From Halobacteriovoraceae bacterium (GTDB lineage: Bacteria; Bdellovibrionota; Bacteriovoracia; Bacteriovoracales; Bacteriovoracaceae): a stretch of DNA of 64,000 nt. Below are positions 30,930-40,320 of the stretch, piece after piece. The stretch is taken from the NCBI GenBank assembly GCA_963719505.1, contig CAVRCF010000005.1, positions 832,001 to 896,000 of the forward strand, given 5' to 3'. The position numbers and the translations under genes are program-made. The notes below the pieces were generated by a model, which saw only the letters and a program-made list of their open reading frames with translations, did no database searches and had not been told where the DNA came from. The number at the start of each line of letters is the position of its first letter. The first letter of the stretch is position 1.

Positions 30930-31502
30930 ATGAAAAAGACTTTAATCCAACTTTTAGTACTACTAGGAGTTCTAACAGGACTTGCAAGTTGTAACTCTTC
31001 AACAACAGTTGGTGGCGGACCAGTTTACACACCAGATTGGCATTACAACTGTTACCCACAATATGATTATTGGGGTTACTACTTATATGACGACTGTTAC
31101 TGGGAATTTTATAACACTGACGGATCTATCGCTGAAAGAGATATGGTTTCTAACGTAGCAGACAAAGAAGCCCTTCTTTTAGAGAAACTTACAAGTGCAT
31201 ATGCTGATAAGTTTTCTTTATCTACAGATGCAGCTGCAAAAGTAGCTAAGAACGTTGCTGACTTCTCTGCTCTAACAGACAGAAGTGACGCTGACGTTGC
31301 TGACTTTGCTCAGAAACTTTATGGCGTTAATCCAAGTGAAATCATAAGCGCTGTAAGTGCAGCTCAAATTGGTAACAACTCAGAATTAGACTTTGTTATC
31401 GATAAAGCATCGGTTAGTCTTGGAACAAACTCAGACAACATGAAAGCAATCGTTAAAGAACTTCACGGTAAAGCACTAGAAGCTTCTGGAATTGAATTAT
31501 AA
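30930..31502 (+). CDS. Tyr/Trp-rich lipoprotein, tandem paralog B
   Basis: AGGAG RBS; LASC lipobox; C-terminal half nearly identical to paralog A. Confidence 0.88.
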   Translation: MKKTLIQLLVLLGVLTGLASCNSSTTVGGGPVYTPDWHYNCYPQYDYWGYYLYDDCYWEFYNTDGSIAERDMVSNVADKEALLLEKLTSAYADKFSLSTDAAAKVAKNVADFSALTDRSDADVADFAQKLYGVNPSEIISAVSAAQIGNNSELDFVIDKASVSLGTNSDNMKAIVKELHGKALEASGIEL

Positions 31503-31528
31503 TAGACAATTTAATTTTGAATAGCTTT

Positions 31529-31559
31529 AGGGTCTCGTTAACACGAGGCCCTTTTTTTT
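31529..31559 (+). terminator. Rho-independent terminator
   Basis: AGGGTCTCGT-TAAC-ACGAGGCCCT followed by a T run. Confidence 0.85.
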
Positions 31560-31585
31560 CATCATATTTCCGCTATATTCTACTC

Positions 31586-32287
31586 ATGAAATTCTCAAAT
31601 CCCACTATGATGGCCACAATTCTCGACCGCTACAAACGTTTCCTCTCGGACATAGAATTGGAGTCTGGAGAATTAGTTCATGCCCACGTACCAAATACTG
31701 GAAGTATGAAGACTTGCTGGGAAAAAAACTGGAAAGTGCTTATCTCTAAAAATGATGATCCCAAAAGAAAGATGAAGTACACACTAGAGCTCACCCATAA
31801 CGGCAAAGCCTGGATTTGTGTCAATACAGCTCTTACCAATAAAATCGTTAAAGAGGCCCTAGAGAATGGTCAAATCCCTGAACTTAGTAGTTATAAAGAG
31901 ATTAAACCTGAAAAGAAAGTTTTTGAATCGAGAATAGATTTCTTTCTTAGCCAGTCCGACTCACACCCCGATGCTTATGTAGAAGTTAAGAATGTGACAC
32001 TCAAAGGTGAAGGAAATTTGGTCCTTTTTCCCGATTCCGTCTCAACAAGAGGCCAAAAACATCTAAGAGAACTTACAATATTAAAGGAGCAAGGGTTTCG
32101 CGCTTGTATGCTCTATATTGTCAATAGAGAGGATGGTGAAGTCTTTCAGCCAGCAAAAGAGATAGATCCAGAATACGCTCGCCTCTTAATAGAAGCTCAA
32201 AAAGCTGGAGTTGAGATTCTCGTCTATAAGACAAATATTGATACTGATGGAATTACTCTAGGAAAAAAGCTAGAGTATAATCTATGA
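31586..32287 (+). CDS. sfsA: DNA/RNA nuclease SfsA
   Basis: RYKRFL.D, AHVPNTGSM, SRIDF, YVEVKNVTL, FPDSVSTRGQKHL. Likely start ATG 31586. Confidence 0.93.
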   Translation: MKFSNPTMMATILDRYKRFLSDIELESGELVHAHVPNTGSMKTCWEKNWKVLISKNDDPKRKMKYTLELTHNGKAWICVNTALTNKIVKEALENGQIPELSSYKEIKPEKKVFESRIDFFLSQSDSHPDAYVEVKNVTLKGEGNLVLFPDSVSTRGQKHLRELTILKEQGFRACMLYIVNREDGEVFQPAKEIDPEYARLLIEAQKAGVEILVYKTNIDTDGITLGKKLEYNL

Positions 32288-32865
32288 ATTTAGAAGAATT
32301 TATAACATTCCACACATCTCTTTGTGAGGCTTCGGAAATTATCTTTTATGGTGGAAGCTTCAACCCTTGGCACGAAGGCCACTCAAGTTGTTTAAGACTA
32401 GTACCATCAGATGTTCCGGTCGTTGTCATTCCCGACCACAATCCCTTCAAAAATTTAATTGATCACAATGATAAAGTTTCTTCCTTAGAAGATCTCAAAG
32501 AAAAAGTCAGTTCATTTAAAAATAAGTCTTTCGTTTTTGACCAATTTGCAAAAGCCAATACTAAAAACCCTACTCATACTTGGTTCCTAGGTCTCGCTGA
32601 CGCTTTCCCAAACAAGAAGCTCTCTTTGTTAATGGGGTTTGATACTTTTATAACAATTGATCGGTGGATAAATGCGGATGAGCTCCTTCAGAAAATCTCC
32701 ACTCTTTACGTGGTCGATAGACTCAATGATGAGAGTCTAAAACGTGATCAAATCAACCGACTTGGTCATTACAAAAACCTTAAAGTTGTTTTTTTAGGAG
32801 AGCATCCCTATGAAGATCTTTCGTCGACTTCAATAAGAAAAAATTTAAATCCTTCTCAGAAATAA
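32284..32865 (+). CDS. nadD: Nicotinate-nucleotide adenylyltransferase-like protein
   Basis: YGGSFNPWHEGH, NPFK, LLMGFD, LSSTSIR. Confidence 0.78.
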   Translation: MNLEEFITFHTSLCEASEIIFYGGSFNPWHEGHSSCLRLVPSDVPVVVIPDHNPFKNLIDHNDKVSSLEDLKEKVSSFKNKSFVFDQFAKANTKNPTHTWFLGLADAFPNKKLSLLMGFDTFITIDRWINADELLQKISTLYVVDRLNDESLKRDQINRLGHYKNLKVVFLGEHPYEDLSSTSIRKNLNPSQK

Positions 32866-33957
32866 AACTCCACGAGACCAAGAGAATTTATCAATTAGCT
32901 CTTTTACATGGGCTGAATCTTGATTACTTGTGAGTTCAATTTCAATGTCAATATAACTATTATCGTAGTGGAGAATAAGCCTATCAAATTCAATTCCCAA
33001 AGACCGAAGCTTAGTTTCGATCTCAGTTCTCAAAGGAAGATAACACTTTCTCTCGTGGGTAAAATTCATTCCATTATCTCTATCATCTTTTATATCGATG
33101 TGAACGATGACATCCTTGATCTCTTCAAAGCCTGAAATAATCCTATTGGCAACCGTTGTAGCGATCTCGTGTCCCTCAGAAACAGATATGTCAGGTCGGA
33201 CTTGAATATTAACATCAAGAACTGCCACGGGTCCCATCTTCCTCGATCTAAGATTATGAAAGCTTTTCACGCCATCAATAAGTTTTATAAAGTCTTTTAT
33301 CTCTTCGATTCTCTCAAGATCAACAGCGGTATCGACAAGCTCCTTTATACTAGACCATAAAAAATCCCAGCCGACTTTTGAAATCATAAAACCAACGAGG
33401 ATAGAAACGATAGAGTCCATCCATGCAAACCCCATCCATGTAAGAAACAAACCCACAAGAACGGCTACTGAACTTAAAGCGTCACTCCTAGAATGCCAGG
33501 CATTAGCAATGATAAGATTTGAATTTACTTTTCTGCCGGTCTTTAGAGTAAATCGAAAGAGCCATTCATTTGCTAATACCGAGATAAAAGCAACGACAAT
33601 AGAGAGCATATTTGGAGCCCCCGTGTACTCCCCAATTAAAAGAGCAAGAATATTTTCATAACAAATAATTATTCCCACAGAGATCAAGACGCAGCCTAGG
33701 GCCGTAGTTCCTAGAGTTTCAAATCTTTCATGCCCATAGGGATGCTCTGCATCTGGCTTTTCTCTGGAAAATTTAGAGATAATCAAGACAAAAAAATCTG
33801 TCGCAACATCTGACAGAGAATGAATTCCATCAACAAATAAAGCATTGGATTGAAAAGCCGCACCGGAGATCATCTTTATAAGGCTTAAAAACGAATTAAC
33901 CCCAACGCTGATCCAGGTTACTTTATTGATTTCTTGTTTATGTGTAAGAGAGCTCAT
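32845..33957 (-). CDS. Cation diffusion facilitator family transporter
   Basis: DGIHSLSD, PDAEHPYGHERFE, ANAWHSRSD, SVSEGHEI. Confidence 0.92.
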   Translation of the reverse strand: MSSLTHKQEINKVTWISVGVNSFLSLIKMISGAAFQSNALFVDGIHSLSDVATDFFVLIISKFSREKPDAEHPYGHERFETLGTTALGCVLISVGIIICYENILALLIGEYTGAPNMLSIVVAFISVLANEWLFRFTLKTGRKVNSNLIIANAWHSRSDALSSVAVLVGLFLTWMGFAWMDSIVSILVGFMISKVGWDFLWSSIKELVDTAVDLERIEEIKDFIKLIDGVKSFHNLRSRKMGPVAVLDVNIQVRPDISVSEGHEIATTVANRIISGFEEIKDVIVHIDIKDDRDNGMNFTHERKCYLPLRTEIETKLRSLGIEFDRLILHYDNSYIDIEIELTSNQDSAHVKELIDKFSWSRGVLFLRRI

Positions 33958-33973
33958 TGAGATATTTTAACAC

Positions 33974-34003
33974 AAAAAAAAGCCCAAAGTATAACTTTGG
34001 GCT
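33974..34003 (-). terminator. Terminator of the metalloprotease operon
   Basis: Minus strand AGCCCAAAGT-TAT-ACTTTGGGCT followed by a T run. Confidence 0.85.
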
Positions 34004-34029
34004 CTGTATCATTCAATAAAAATAACTTT

Positions 34030-37000
34030 TTAGTTGTTAACAGTATCCTGATGAGCTGGAAGGAGCTTCAATTGTGTTTTATAAAAAGCTAAAACCTCAT
34101 CCGATAATTTTCCATTAAGGAAATCAACTAACACTTCAAGGTCTTGAGCGTAAAGCTTCTTCACTTCTTCAGTTGCATCAGCTGGAGCTGTTGTCATAGC
34201 AGCAGTGTTTTGAGCTTTAATCTTTACGATCTCTTCTAATCTCACACCTTTACTCTCAATTGATGCAAGGTAAAGCTTATGAAGTGTAACACCTGCTTCC
34301 TCACCAAAAGTTCCAGTAAAGGCTTCAAGTGGAAGAGGCTCATCTTCAGCTTTAGCTAGATTAATAATGGCCATTTGGTACCCTTCTTCTGTATTCCAAA
34401 AGACTAGTTCCTCTTTAGTAAGATCGCTAGGAACCGCTAAAACTGTTCTCGCCTTTAAAACCTCAGCTATTACCTTTTTGTCAATCTTCTCTAGTTCAGT
34501 CTTAGTTTCTTGAATACCTGAAATAAAGTATGCAATAGAATTCTCTGGAGAAGAGACATAGTTGTTTCTTCCAACGACTATTGATCTCATATTCTCACTA
34601 AGGTTTAAGTTCTCGTATGTATTATGTCTCTGAACAGATACATAGTTATTTGCAAGATATGCAAGCTCTTCTGTTTCTGTATCAAAATCTAAATCCATAA
34701 CTGTCAGTTGAGAAAGAATAGCTTTCGTAAGGTTACCCTCTCCTTGGTTAGGAAGACCTAACTCTCTTTTGATCCAACCAAAGTATCTTTCTATCTCTTC
34801 AACTTTATAATCGTTTCCTAAAACATAAGGAGCGATAAATTTATTTCCGTTTTCCATTGTAAATGGAATTGGATTCGCAAGAGGCTTTCCTAAAACCATG
34901 TGTTTTACAACATTTTCTACTTTCGCCTTGATAGCCGGATGATCAATAAGCGCCATGTGATTTCTATCAGTAGCAGACTTGCTTGACGTTCTATTGTAAA
35001 GCATTCTCATCGCTAAAACTTTATCGATCCAAATTCCTCTTACAGCTCTATCTGAAGCATACTTGTATTCCGAATTCGTATCTTTAAATCCATTAAGGTA
35101 TTTACCATTTTCTCCAACAACGACCAAAGGTGCTGCAACAGATGATCCATCAGGTTTAGTCTCAGTGTTTGCAAGAAGGTGTTTCTTAACCTCTTCATCA
35201 AAACAAGAAGTAATCAAATGCTTGTCGATACTATACTTTACTGAGTCGTAGATACCTTGAAGCTTCTTAAATTCAACAATCTTCTTATCGTCATCTTTTT
35301 TAGCCACCGCACAGATTAAGTCAGGAGTCTTTAAGATCTCTATAAAGAAGTCTCCGGCCATAAGTAGAGCATCTCTTCTGTCATTGATATCTTTACAAAC
35401 TGCATTTTGAGCTGTTTGAGCTGGTGAGCAACCATTTTCCATAATTTCTTTTGGAAAAAATTGAGCATAGACTTCATAATCTTCAATTAGATCTCTAACA
35501 AAAGCAAACTCACTATATCTAGACTGCACATAACTTGGAAGCCCATAAGTGTTAAAAGTATTCTTTCCGTCTCTAAAGTTTCTGTACTTATACCAAGTTT
35601 TATATCTTTCAATCTTGTGTTTTGTGATCTCTACCAAAGTCGATCCTTCGTCAAACCTATTACAGATTGAAGAGAGTCCAGCATTCTCGTCAGTACAAAA
35701 TTTAAAGTCAGCAATCTTTTTATCTGCTTCAAAAAGAAGAGAAACTAACATCGGTCTTATTTCAGCGTTAGCTGGATTATCAACATTTTCTTTTATTAAC
35801 TGATAAGCCTTATCAAAATCTGTTTCTTTCACACCTATTTGAGCTACTGCTTCTAGGAAACCTTTCTCAATTGAAGCGTTGTGACTCTTTTTAAAGTCAT
35901 CAAGAAGAATATTTCCAGGAACCTTAATTCCCATACCATTTTTTGCTTGCATCTCACCAGAGTAAGAATACTGAAGAGCTGCAACATCATACTTACCGAA
36001 TGAAGCTAGTTCGTTGTACTCAGAGAATCCGTAATCCATAATTGATGAATAAGCCGCTGCCTTAGCATTCTCAATCCCAAGGATTGAAGAAGTTTCAGCG
36101 TCTGTATAGAAGTTCTCTGAATCTGTAGAACCGGCAAAGTTGTGTCTTAGTCCTAAACTATGTCCCATTTCATGAACAAAAGTTGTTGTATAACGATGAA
36201 CCATTATGACTTCTTTTACTTTCTCTTTTTGAAGATCATTAAGCTCAATCCATCTTTTTAAAATCTTTGTTTTTGAATCAATAATTCCAGGAATTGTTAA
36301 AAGTTCTGGAAAGACAACCTTAGTTGTTCCTGCAATTGGAAAGAATTCAGGGGCATGTGTCGCGTGAAAAGCAAGACCAAGCTCTTTTCCTTCCGCTATT
36401 TTCGCTCTTTTTTCTAACTCATTTTTAATTCCAAGCTCACCTGACATCAATTGATCAAATTCTCTTTTAAAATTTTTCTTTAATTTAGACTGTGCTTTTA
36501 ACTCTGACCTTAGCGCTGAAACGGAAGAACCATCAAGATGAGAAGTATCATCTGAATGTCCCGTTACTAATAGGTCTTGTCCAACAAAAGAAGATGAAAG
36601 AACAGATGATTCATGGTTGCGTGCAGTGCTTGCAACATTATCACTACCAAGAGCACTTGGAAGAGTATCGCTTGCCAATGCACTTGCAGCAACTTTTATT
36701 CCAGAATCAATTTTTGAGCCATCTTTCTTTTGAAGCTCCATGATATCGACAGCACCTTCATAAACCCAACGAGTCCCAGAAGTTAAAACCCCACCATACA
36801 TATTGATATGACTTTGTACTATTTCTCCAGTTTCAGGGTTTTTTACTGATGGTGCATAACCAAGAAGACCATTTGCTAGAGGATCATCAATGAGAACAAT
36901 CGAGTTGTACCGTAGATCTCCTGGAGATTTTTCATTTTCTTTTGTTTGTTTAATAAAATTTAGTCTGAATTTAGCCCCTGCACGAGCAAGGTTTTTATTC

Positions 37001-37998
37001 ATAACATCCATAGACTTCATTGTTGCATCAAGAATAGCCGCATTCGAAGGCTTAGAATAAGAAGCACTTAAGTAGTAATCAAGTACAGTTTTATTTGGAT
37101 TCCATCTGTTTGCAAGATAGATCATTTTCTCTCTTTGACTATCAAAGACAGCGTTAAGTTGTTTTTTCTCTTCTTTAAATAAACCATATACATCATGATC
37201 TTGAAGTGGGTAGTTTAAAGCTTTGTAATCTTTTGACGCAAGAGTATCTAGAGCAACTAAAGAGTAGAAAAATCTTACTTTGAATGAGTTGTATGAAAAT
37301 TTATCGTTATAGTAATTATCTCTAATACACTCCCAAGACTTATTTAACTTATATGTTTTTTCTAGTTCAATATTAAGAACTTCATCTTTTTTAACTTCGT
37401 AATTAACTAAACGCACGCCATTTGGGATAACACACTCGTTACCTTCAATATTAACAAGATCTAAGAAGTTTACCTCTTTTACGTTAAGTTCTGCATAGTC
37501 AGGTTTAAAGTAGTTTTTTTGATTCCACGTTACGTCCTCATTTTCCTCTTCTTCATTTGAACAATCTCCATTGGCATCTTCTTTACATTGAAATGCTAAA
37601 TGATCACCCGGAATAGTGAGGACAGGAGTGTTATTGAGAGCGTTTTCAGCAAATCGACCATCCTTTTCAACTTCAAGAACTTCAAGACCATCTTTACTAA
37701 ATTGCATTCTAACTAGCTTTGTATCACCTTGGTAAAATGGATTCGCCTCTGCAACTTCTCTAGGAGTTCCCAATGTCATTGGAACGTATAAGTATTTTTT
37801 CGACATTCCTTTTATCGCTTCACCCTTGGACTCATTAGCAAAAGCTTGAGACTCAGCTCTGTTTTCGCTAAATGGAGTAAAGAAAGATCCCTTTGTTTGG
37901 ACCTCTACCTCTTTGTGCACTTCCTCATAGTCTGCTTTTTTAGCACACCCGACGATGAGTACAGCTGTTAAGATAAATGGTGATAGTTTAAAAATCAT
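34030..37998 (-). CDS. Large zinc-dependent (metzincin) metalloprotease lipoprotein
   Basis: Likely start ATG 37998 after AGGAG; IVGC lipobox; HEMGHSLGLRHNF, Met-turn SSIMDY, PGDLRYN. Confidence 0.88.
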   Translation of the reverse strand: MIFKLSPFILTAVLIVGCAKKADYEEVHKEVEVQTKGSFFTPFSENRAESQAFANESKGEAIKGMSKKYLYVPMTLGTPREVAEANPFYQGDTKLVRMQFSKDGLEVLEVEKDGRFAENALNNTPVLTIPGDHLAFQCKEDANGDCSNEEEENEDVTWNQKNYFKPDYAELNVKEVNFLDLVNIEGNECVIPNGVRLVNYEVKKDEVLNIELEKTYKLNKSWECIRDNYYNDKFSYNSFKVRFFYSLVALDTLASKDYKALNYPLQDHDVYGLFKEEKKQLNAVFDSQREKMIYLANRWNPNKTVLDYYLSASYSKPSNAAILDATMKSMDVMNKNLARAGAKFRLNFIKQTKENEKSPGDLRYNSIVLIDDPLANGLLGYAPSVKNPETGEIVQSHINMYGGVLTSGTRWVYEGAVDIMELQKKDGSKIDSGIKVAASALASDTLPSALGSDNVASTARNHESSVLSSSFVGQDLLVTGHSDDTSHLDGSSVSALRSELKAQSKLKKNFKREFDQLMSGELGIKNELEKRAKIAEGKELGLAFHATHAPEFFPIAGTTKVVFPELLTIPGIIDSKTKILKRWIELNDLQKEKVKEVIMVHRYTTTFVHEMGHSLGLRHNFAGSTDSENFYTDAETSSILGIENAKAAAYSSIMDYGFSEYNELASFGKYDVAALQYSYSGEMQAKNGMGIKVPGNILLDDFKKSHNASIEKGFLEAVAQIGVKETDFDKAYQLIKENVDNPANAEIRPMLVSLLFEADKKIADFKFCTDENAGLSSICNRFDEGSTLVEITKHKIERYKTWYKYRNFRDGKNTFNTYGLPSYVQSRYSEFAFVRDLIEDYEVYAQFFPKEIMENGCSPAQTAQNAVCKDINDRRDALLMAGDFFIEILKTPDLICAVAKKDDDKKIVEFKKLQGIYDSVKYSIDKHLITSCFDEEVKKHLLANTETKPDGSSVAAPLVVVGENGKYLNGFKDTNSEYKYASDRAVRGIWIDKVLAMRMLYNRTSSKSATDRNHMALIDHPAIKAKVENVVKHMVLGKPLANPIPFTMENGNKFIAPYVLGNDYKVEEIERYFGWIKRELGLPNQGEGNLTKAILSQLTVMDLDFDTETEELAYLANNYVSVQRHNTYENLNLSENMRSIVVGRNNYVSSPENSIAYFISGIQETKTELEKIDKKVIAEVLKARTVLAVPSDLTKEELVFWNTEEGYQMAIINLAKAEDEPLPLEAFTGTFGEEAGVTLHKLYLASIESKGVRLEEIVKIKAQNTAAMTTAPADATEEVKKLYAQDLEVLVDFLNGKLSDEVLAFYKTQLKLLPAHQDTVNN

Positions 37999-38017
37999 TT
38001 TTTTCTCCTGAGAAAAA

Positions 38018-38890
38018 TTAGAATCTAAGGTTAAACCCTGCGTAAAATTGTGTTGTATCTGCATCAAATATTTTAATATTTTCATCTTGTCCCCTTTCTA
38101 AAGCTCTTACCTGACCACCTGTCTCAATACCGAGACTAGCTGAATAAGTGCCATTAAATGTGTAAGTAATGTCTTGTGCCGTTAGGTATGAAGGATCATT
38201 ATTGCTTCCGACATATGTTCTAGAAGTAATATAAACAAGAGTTGAAGAGAGTGAAATCTTCTCATTAATACTATAAGCTCCAACAAGAATATTGAGCATG
38301 CTGTATTCTGTTAGGTTTGCTCCATTAATATCAGTTTCAAACTTGTTAAAGTTTTTTCTTACTCTTGGTATGTAGATAAGAGTTAGCCCTGGAAGATAAG
38401 CCTCCATATTAAAAATTAAAGTTGGACTAATCTCAAAAGCAGTTGTTAAACGGTTTCTTTTTATTGATCTTTCGCTCACCGGTATAACTCCAATTAACCC
38501 CAAGTTAACTGTCATATTGCCAGCTTTGTAGATACCCGCTCTGGTGTAAGTTAATCTAGAATCTAAAAAAGATTCTTCATAGTCATTTTCCAAGTCTTTA
38601 AACATTGTGTTGTTGAGAAAAACTGAATCGACACTGCTAAAACGGTAGCCAACTCCAAGGTTTAGTTGAGAACCAACATATTTGGTCTCATCACTAGTCT
38701 CTTTAAAGTCTGACCTTCCCATAGCTCCAATAGTAGAACTAAAATTATTAAGAATAGATTTTTCTTTATTTGAATCGACAGAAGTTTCCGAAGTTGCCTC
38801 AGTAACACCTAAAAGATTTGCTTGAGAGTATGCAAGTGGGCTAGCTAAAAAAGCCGCTAGAGATAAAAGAATAATAAACAAACCGTGCAT
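38018..38890 (-). CDS. Putative outer-membrane beta-barrel protein
   Basis: Start ATG 38890 after GGGAG; signal peptide; amphipathic strands; C-terminal YAGFNLRF. Confidence 0.72.
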   Translation of the reverse strand: MHGLFIILLSLAAFLASPLAYSQANLLGVTEATSETSVDSNKEKSILNNFSSTIGAMGRSDFKETSDETKYVGSQLNLGVGYRFSSVDSVFLNNTMFKDLENDYEESFLDSRLTYTRAGIYKAGNMTVNLGLIGVIPVSERSIKRNRLTTAFEISPTLIFNMEAYLPGLTLIYIPRVRKNFNKFETDINGANLTEYSMLNILVGAYSINEKISLSSTLVYITSRTYVGSNNDPSYLTAQDITYTFNGTYSASLGIETGGQVRALERGQDENIKIFDADTTQFYAGFNLRF

Positions 38891-38948
38891 ACAACTCCCT
38901 AAAGTTATGGTTTCGTTCAAAATTCCTTTTCTGAATTATGGTATAAGT

Positions 38949-38964
38949 TGCAAAATGAATGCCA
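38949..38964 (-). promoter_or_regulatory. sigma54 -24/-12 promoter
   Basis: Minus strand TGGCATTCATTTTGCA, close to consensus TGGCAC-N5-TTGCW. Confidence 0.75.
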
Positions 38965-39128
38965 CGGGATATCGAGGTAAGTGTCTGAAAAGACGATGGC
39001 ATTTTGTCACTATTTTGAGGAGTGTAAAGACTTTAAGCACCTCGCAGTGCATCAAAAGGCTTTCTTGGCCCTAAATTGGCCTGTCATAAAAATTCATCTA
39101 TAATATTGAAAACGGGGAATATACGACC

Positions 39129-39731
39129 ATGGAAATAACTCACAAAAATCAAACAGCTCTCATTATCGCATCTTTTATCTTTTTTAATCTCCTCTACCTT
39201 TTAAGTGCGCACATAAATTTTGGTAATATAAGACTCCTCCCTTTATATTCATTTGAAGAAAATATGAGAATGAGCACTCTTTTTATTTGGCCCTACCTTC
39301 TAATCCAATCTTTTAGCTTTGCTATGATCAAAAGAGTGACAAATATGACTTTGGTAAAGAGATGGATTTTTTCCACTTTAAGTTTTAGTATCTTCTGTTT
39401 TGTGATCTATGAGATCTACCCTGTTTCGACCCATCCGTTTAGTACTATCGCGCTTCTTACCGGTGGACCTGGAGATAAAATTCTTCATAATTTTAAAATT
39501 ATCAGTACGACTCTAAATTCTTTTCCAGCTTTATTTGTAGGAATAAGCTTCATTACAAGTTTTGTTGTTTTTTCATCAGATAAGTTTCGTGGAGTCTTGA
39601 CCTTTTTGATCACGATAGGATTTTGCTACGCTGGACTAAAAATAAAGTTTTTATATTTTTCTGCAATCATTGCCAGCTTAATTCTTGCAATTTTAATCTT
39701 TTTGACGAGTAAGCTTATTTCGAAAGATTAA
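39129..39731 (+). CDS. Integral membrane protein, degenerate PAP2-like
   Basis: Multiple TM segments; NSFPALFV resembles NxFPSLH without the His. Confidence 0.55.
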   Translation: MEITHKNQTALIIASFIFFNLLYLLSAHINFGNIRLLPLYSFEENMRMSTLFIWPYLLIQSFSFAMIKRVTNMTLVKRWIFSTLSFSIFCFVIYEIYPVSTHPFSTIALLTGGPGDKILHNFKIISTTLNSFPALFVGISFITSFVVFSSDKFRGVLTFLITIGFCYAGLKIKFLYFSAIIASLILAILIFLTSKLISKD

Positions 39732-40320
39732 TATCATTCACCACCGCTCTCACCAGTCGAAGGATATGATTTTTCATTTTTGGTGCATCAACACCTGTAT
39801 TGGCACAGATTGAATTCTCATGATTACACATTAACACTGCACTATGAATAACCTGAGTCATAATTGATCTTGTCGCCCAAAAAAGATCATCTTCGCTAGC
39901 GCTAGGACATTGCTCTTTTAAACAGTTCATGACAATAGCTCCCCCAGGAGGCCCTACAATTTTATCATCTTTATGGGTAATCAAAGGAGCATCAGTCTTA
40001 TTCAAAAAAAGTTTAAAACTTGTAATCAGATCTTCTCTATTGTCAAGAAGATGATCGTAATGAACACTCACAAGTTGCTCTATAGTCATCCCAACTTTGT
40101 ACAAACTATTAATCTCACGATTCATTTTCATCATACAAGCACTGACAGTTTCTAGATGAAGGGCCTCTTTGCTGCCAAAATGATAGTTTATAGCCGCGAC
40201 ATTGACATCAGCAAGTTTTGCTATCTCTCTAACGCCTACAGCATCTGGTCCTTTTTCAGCAAAGAGCTTATGTGCAACTTTTAAAATTTTTTCTTTAGTC
40301 GAAATTTCTTCAGCTGTCAT
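39715..40320 (-). CDS. TetR/AcrR family regulator
   Basis: KILKVAHKLFAEKG...VREIAKLADVNVAAINYHFGSKEAL. Confidence 0.93.
   Translation of the reverse strand: MTAEEISTKEKILKVAHKLFAEKGPDAVGVREIAKLADVNVAAINYHFGSKEALHLETVSACMMKMNREINSLYKVGMTIEQLVSVHYDHLLDNREDLITSFKLFLNKTDAPLITHKDDKIVGPPGGAIVMNCLKEQCPSASEDDLFWATRSIMTQVIHSAVLMCNHENSICANTGVDAPKMKNHILRLVRAVVNDINLSK

Noticed and set aside
30051..31502. Tandem paralogs as a DGR template/variable repeat pair
   Set aside because: Both are complete genes, and the differences are mostly synonymous and not adenine-restricted.
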